Origin: Phoronis australis
Taxonomy: Eukaryota > Animalia > Phoronida
NCBI GenBank assembly: GCA_002633005.1
Contig: NMRA01000082.1
Span: forward strand, 62,001-126,000
Length of the DNA stretch: 64,000 nt
Direction: 5' to 3'
Of the stretch, positions 60,901 to 64,000 are shown piece after piece (positions within the stretch are counted from its first letter, which is position 1; every line of letters starts with the position of its first letter). A program made the translations under genes and the position numbers. Under the pieces are notes generated by a model. The model ran no database searches, was not told where the DNA came from, and saw only the letters and a program-made list of their open reading frames with translations.

Positions 60901-62869
60901 ACCAACTAAAGAGACACCAGGCTCTTTTAATTAATCGTTTGATTAAACAATGCCTCAAACGCATATTCATGTATAATTAAAAAGTAGTTTTTCTTTAATT
61001 TGGAGCATTGGTACAAGTCTGCACATGTTAGTCATTAACTTACTTCTGCGCTCCCCACATCTTTTATCGCGAGATAGAACGAAGTTGCGAAGTATGCATG
61101 GACTTGACGCACACATGTAGACGTGTCGACACGCCCCACTCAACTACTGAATAAATACTATACATACTTCGCTTATCTAAGTCTGCGGTAGCAGTAAATG
61201 ATTTACGATACATTACGAGTTCATACATCAGACAATTTTGCTCAGCAGTGATAGTTCTTATTTCTCCTATATATTTCGGTAACCGGTGGAAGACCTCAAT
61301 AATGCTGTATCTTCAAACATCTTTCAGAGGCCTGTCAGAAGTCCCCAGCCGATCTCGTCTTCGTTCTTGATTCGTCGACCTCCATCTGGGGACCAGATTT
61401 CAAGCGAATGAAAACATTTCTTCAGTCTATGATCGACATCTTCATCATCTCGAAAAATCTCACCCAGGTCAGCGTGCTCACGTTTAGCGACGGCGTCCAT
61501 AACGAGTACAACCTGAACTCGTACTCAGACAAGGATCGGATGCTGAACCACGTTGGGTTCATTCGCCAAATCTACGGCGGAACAAACACAGCAAAGGCAA
61601 TCAAGTACATGAGAACCGAATCCTTCTCCAAGAAAAATGGCGCGCGTGACGACGTCCCGCACATTGGCGTCGTACTCACCGACGGCAAGTCATGGGACAA
61701 GCCCCGCACTATCAAGGAAGCGTCACTAGCTCACGAGGCCGGCATTCACATGATCTCCATTGGGATTGGTGAATTCGTGGACCAAGAAGAGGTCGACCTG
61801 ATCGCTACGCCATCTGATTCCAAGGCAGAGAAGAACAGCTTCCATCTGAAAAACTTCAAGGCGCTCGACAAAGCCTTCAGAGAAAAGCTTGCCATCAAGA
61901 CTTGCCTGTGTATGTTTTCAAAAGCTTGTTGACGGAATTGTGCCTTTTATGTTGTCTAAAGCATGACGTGTCTTCTATTACAATCACCAGATATTTAAAG
62001 TTATCTTGTAGTATTTCTTTTTTCAACGTCGTGGTGTCTTTGGTGTCTAACAACAGTCGCATGATTTTAAGCAATGTTTTAAGGTTTTCACCTTTATTTC
62101 AATTTCAAATGTGTCTGTCAGTCTTCTCTGTGGTTTGCACGGCTGTTCTAAATGTACCTATATGTGTATTGGCGAGAGCTGTGTACGCATTAGATACTAA
62201 CACGCATTGCTATATAGATGTTGTGTTTTGTGTTTTACAGTTCAAGAGATTCTGGCTCCGGCCCAAGAATACTACGCATGCGCAGAAAGAACCCCCACCG
62301 ACGTTATGTTTGCCCTTGACCCAACGAACGCAGGGGCCAAAGACCATCACACCTCCTTGCAATTCGTTAAAGACCTGGTAAAAGAAATGGAAGTTTCTCC
62401 GGAAACCGTCGAGGTCGGAATGATTCCGATGCACTGTACTTCAATGACTGGTTTTCATTTTGGAACGTACAAGGACAGTGATTCGTTGGCGAACGACATT
62501 GACATGTTTAGCTATCCCGATACAACTCACCTGCTGAACCAACTGTGGTCGAGTTCTTTTGATTCCAGAAACGGTGCTCGAAAAGATGCCAGAAAATTGG
62601 CCGTTCTGATTATGAATAGTAAAGCAGACGATCTTGCAAAGTTGCAGTTGCAGAAATCAAAACTTCAACTGCATAAAATCGAAATGTACGTTATTGGAAT
62701 TGGTAAAGACGTGGACGAAGACGAGATGAACATGATTGCGTCATCGCCGCGACATGTTAAGAAGTTAGACACTTATGAAGACTTGCCTCTATTAAAGGAG
62801 CATGTTCTAAATGACATTTGTGGCGAAATTGACTTCGATTTCAGGGACAATGAGGTGACGAAATTATAG
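45949..62869 (+). CDS. Secreted three-VWA-domain extracellular matrix protein (collagen VI / matrilin / PTMP1-like domains, no collagen helix), 6 coding exons, 666 aa
   Basis: join(45949-45999,50645-50672,59389-59979,60428-60547,61328-61909,62241-62869) is 2001 nt; all introns GT-AG, phases 0,1,1,1,1. Signal peptide MRILSFYLNVFAVFIVTVLQCSVTHA. VWA1 DIVFVMDSSSS...ITDG; VWA2 DLVFVLDSSTS...LTDG; VWA3 DVMFALDPTNA (degenerate). The linkage of the first two exons is inferred from phase and signal-peptide fit. Confidence 0.82.
48590..49800. repeat. Near-identical tandem duplication (48590-49193 / 49195-49800) joined by a single N; probable assembly overlap
   Basis: Copies differ by scattered substitutions and 1-bp indels; N at 49194. 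Confidence 0.9.
50645..50672 (+). CDS. VWA gene coding exon 2 (28-nt micro-exon ending the signal peptide)
   Basis: tttcttttccAG|GTA CTG CAG TGT TCT GTC ACA CAT GCT G|GTGAGT = VLQCSVTHA; converts phase 0 to phase 1 as required. Confidence 0.7.
53552..53694. mobile_element. MITE with family A-type ends
   Basis: cataggcgga ... tggatccgcctctg. Confidence 0.55.
53995..54205. mobile_element. Truncated or diverged MITE family B copy
   Basis: atgcgcgcacacagcctaaaatg and internal ccgaattttg..., tctctgag.cggacctttt shared with 40370-40631; right TIR missing. Confidence 0.65.
59048..59119. repeat. Short inverted repeat / hairpin (likely MITE remnant) in the VWA intron
   Basis: ttttgagaaccagt (59057-59070) and actggttctcaaaa (59097-59110) form a perfect 14-bp stem, extendable with mismatches. 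Confidence 0.75.
59389..59979 (+). CDS. VWA gene exon 3 (VWA1, intact MIDAS)
   Basis: cattttAG|(A)PHTTTDAAQKCVGKPADIVFVMDSSSS...GGDTATDKAI...IIITDGES...IRACE|GTAATT. Confidence 0.93.
60428..60547 (+). CDS. VWA gene exon 4 (Pro-rich, basic linker)
   Basis: ttttacAG|(V)KSPVNDDNKVAFVPPPVVSHAPPPRTWRKKKPPTVVTIE|GTAAGT; 120 nt, phase 1-1. Confidence 0.85.
61328..61909 (+). CDS. VWA gene exon 5 (VWA2, intact MIDAS)
   Basis: ctttcAG|(E)ACQKSPADLVFVLDSSTSIWG...GGTNTAKAI...VVLTDGKS...IKTCL|GTATGT. Confidence 0.93.
62241..62869 (+). CDS. VWA gene exon 6 (VWA3, degenerate MIDAS, stop)
   Basis: gttttacAG|(F)QEILAPAQEYYACAERTPTDVMFALDPTNA...GARKDARKLAVLIMNSK...YVIGIGK...DICGEIDFDFRDNEVTKL*. Confidence 0.92.
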
Positions 62870-64000
62870 AAGAAATAATCCTATTGCATATAGTAATGTG
62901 CTGGTTTCACTCAGACAAATTTGGCCTGATACACGAGAGCAATACTTTGAACTTCGACGAAAGCGGGTTTGTGCACAGACTGTGTGTAGCTGAATGCAAC
63001 CAAATGTTAACATAAAAATGGAGTCGTTCACAGCGCCATCAACTCTTACTAGATGGCGCTGGGGCAGATAGTAACCTAAATACTCGTTTATAGCCTACAG
63101 GTGGTGTTGCTCACTTCTTGTTTAAAGTTATAGCTGGTGAGTTTTAGTTGACGAGGTTCTGCGAAATTCTCAGGCCAAATTTGTTTCGTATGATTACATT
63201 CCAAGCGAAACTTAACGGTGATCAACCTCAAGTCTTCAAGATGACACTTTTTCAAAAGATCAGACATAATTATTGCGTTAAATGACGAGACGCGTTGTTG
63301 ATGTGAAGTGATGTAATGTGGATTGGCGTAGTGCCGCATGTGCTGCACGCAACGAAGGGCTGTAAACTGGTTAGTGCAATTTGTTTTAGTGCCACGCATG
63401 TTTCACAAAATTGCTTGTAGAGAACGCTTCTCAAGTCGCGCGAGAGCTTAGCGAGATGAAGTCACGCGAGGTCGTCTGCCTGTTTGCTCTTATCAAACTT
63501 GTGACTTTTCCGAACGTGACGATAAAGTTTATAAAGAACGCATAAGTAGTTGGTTGGTGACAGTTTTGAAAAATTAGCATCTTAAAACTATTCTGTACTA
63601 TTTTCACGAAATTGAGAGCAAGATCATACTTCACTATAATTTATAGGGTGTGTTTGGTTTAGAAAGTATTGGCGACGATGCTTACGACTAACATTGTGTA
63701 AATAATGTTTCGAAACTTTTTGTGATATTTATTGTGCATTATGACTTTGTTTGCTCCTAAATGAATGTTTTTGCGTGTTACGAACGATCATTAAATTATA
63801 TGTACGTGATTCGATAGTTTCTATTACCCGGTACGGAACTAATGATCTGATTTGGAAATGAATTTGAATCAAGCTTTCACGAAACCACTTGTCTTACACG
63901 TTTTTCAACTGATGAGATAACTAAAGTTTTCTCTTCGGTCTGCGAATTATACATAACACTGTAAAGCATGTCCCGGGTTATTGAAGGAGTTGGCCTCGTT

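Overview
AT-rich eukaryotic (animal) genomic DNA with GT-AG spliced genes. It is most likely a lophotrochozoan, probably a mollusc; this is inferred from protein families and repeat style and was not verified. Hand-spliced content: (1) the 5' end of an unidentified minus-strand gene with an N-terminal hydrophobic segment (exons 2808-2787 and 1272-1061) that probably continues off the left edge; (2) a complete six-coding-exon ADP-ribosyl cyclase (CD38/CD157/Aplysia cyclase family, 353 aa, 6199-13257) with a signal peptide, a GPI-type tail and an unusual active-site combination; (3) a young 5'-truncated RT-RNase H LINE with a perfect 12-bp TSD inside an intron of that gene (7932-9480); (4) an unidentified single-ORF 686-aa Ser-rich gene (14705-16765); (5) about 28 kb without recognisable genes, holding MITEs, hairpins and microsatellites; (6) a complete secreted three-VWA-domain matrix protein gene (666 aa, 45949-62869) whose signal peptide is split over two tiny exons absent from the ORF track. 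Three 400-600 bp tandem duplications, each joined by a single N, look like assembly artefacts. No rRNA, intact tRNA or CRISPR array was seen. I found no convincing wholly new system; the best leads are the cyclase active site, the VWA architecture, the orphan ORF and a G-U-biased long hairpin. All calls were made by eye, with no searches run.
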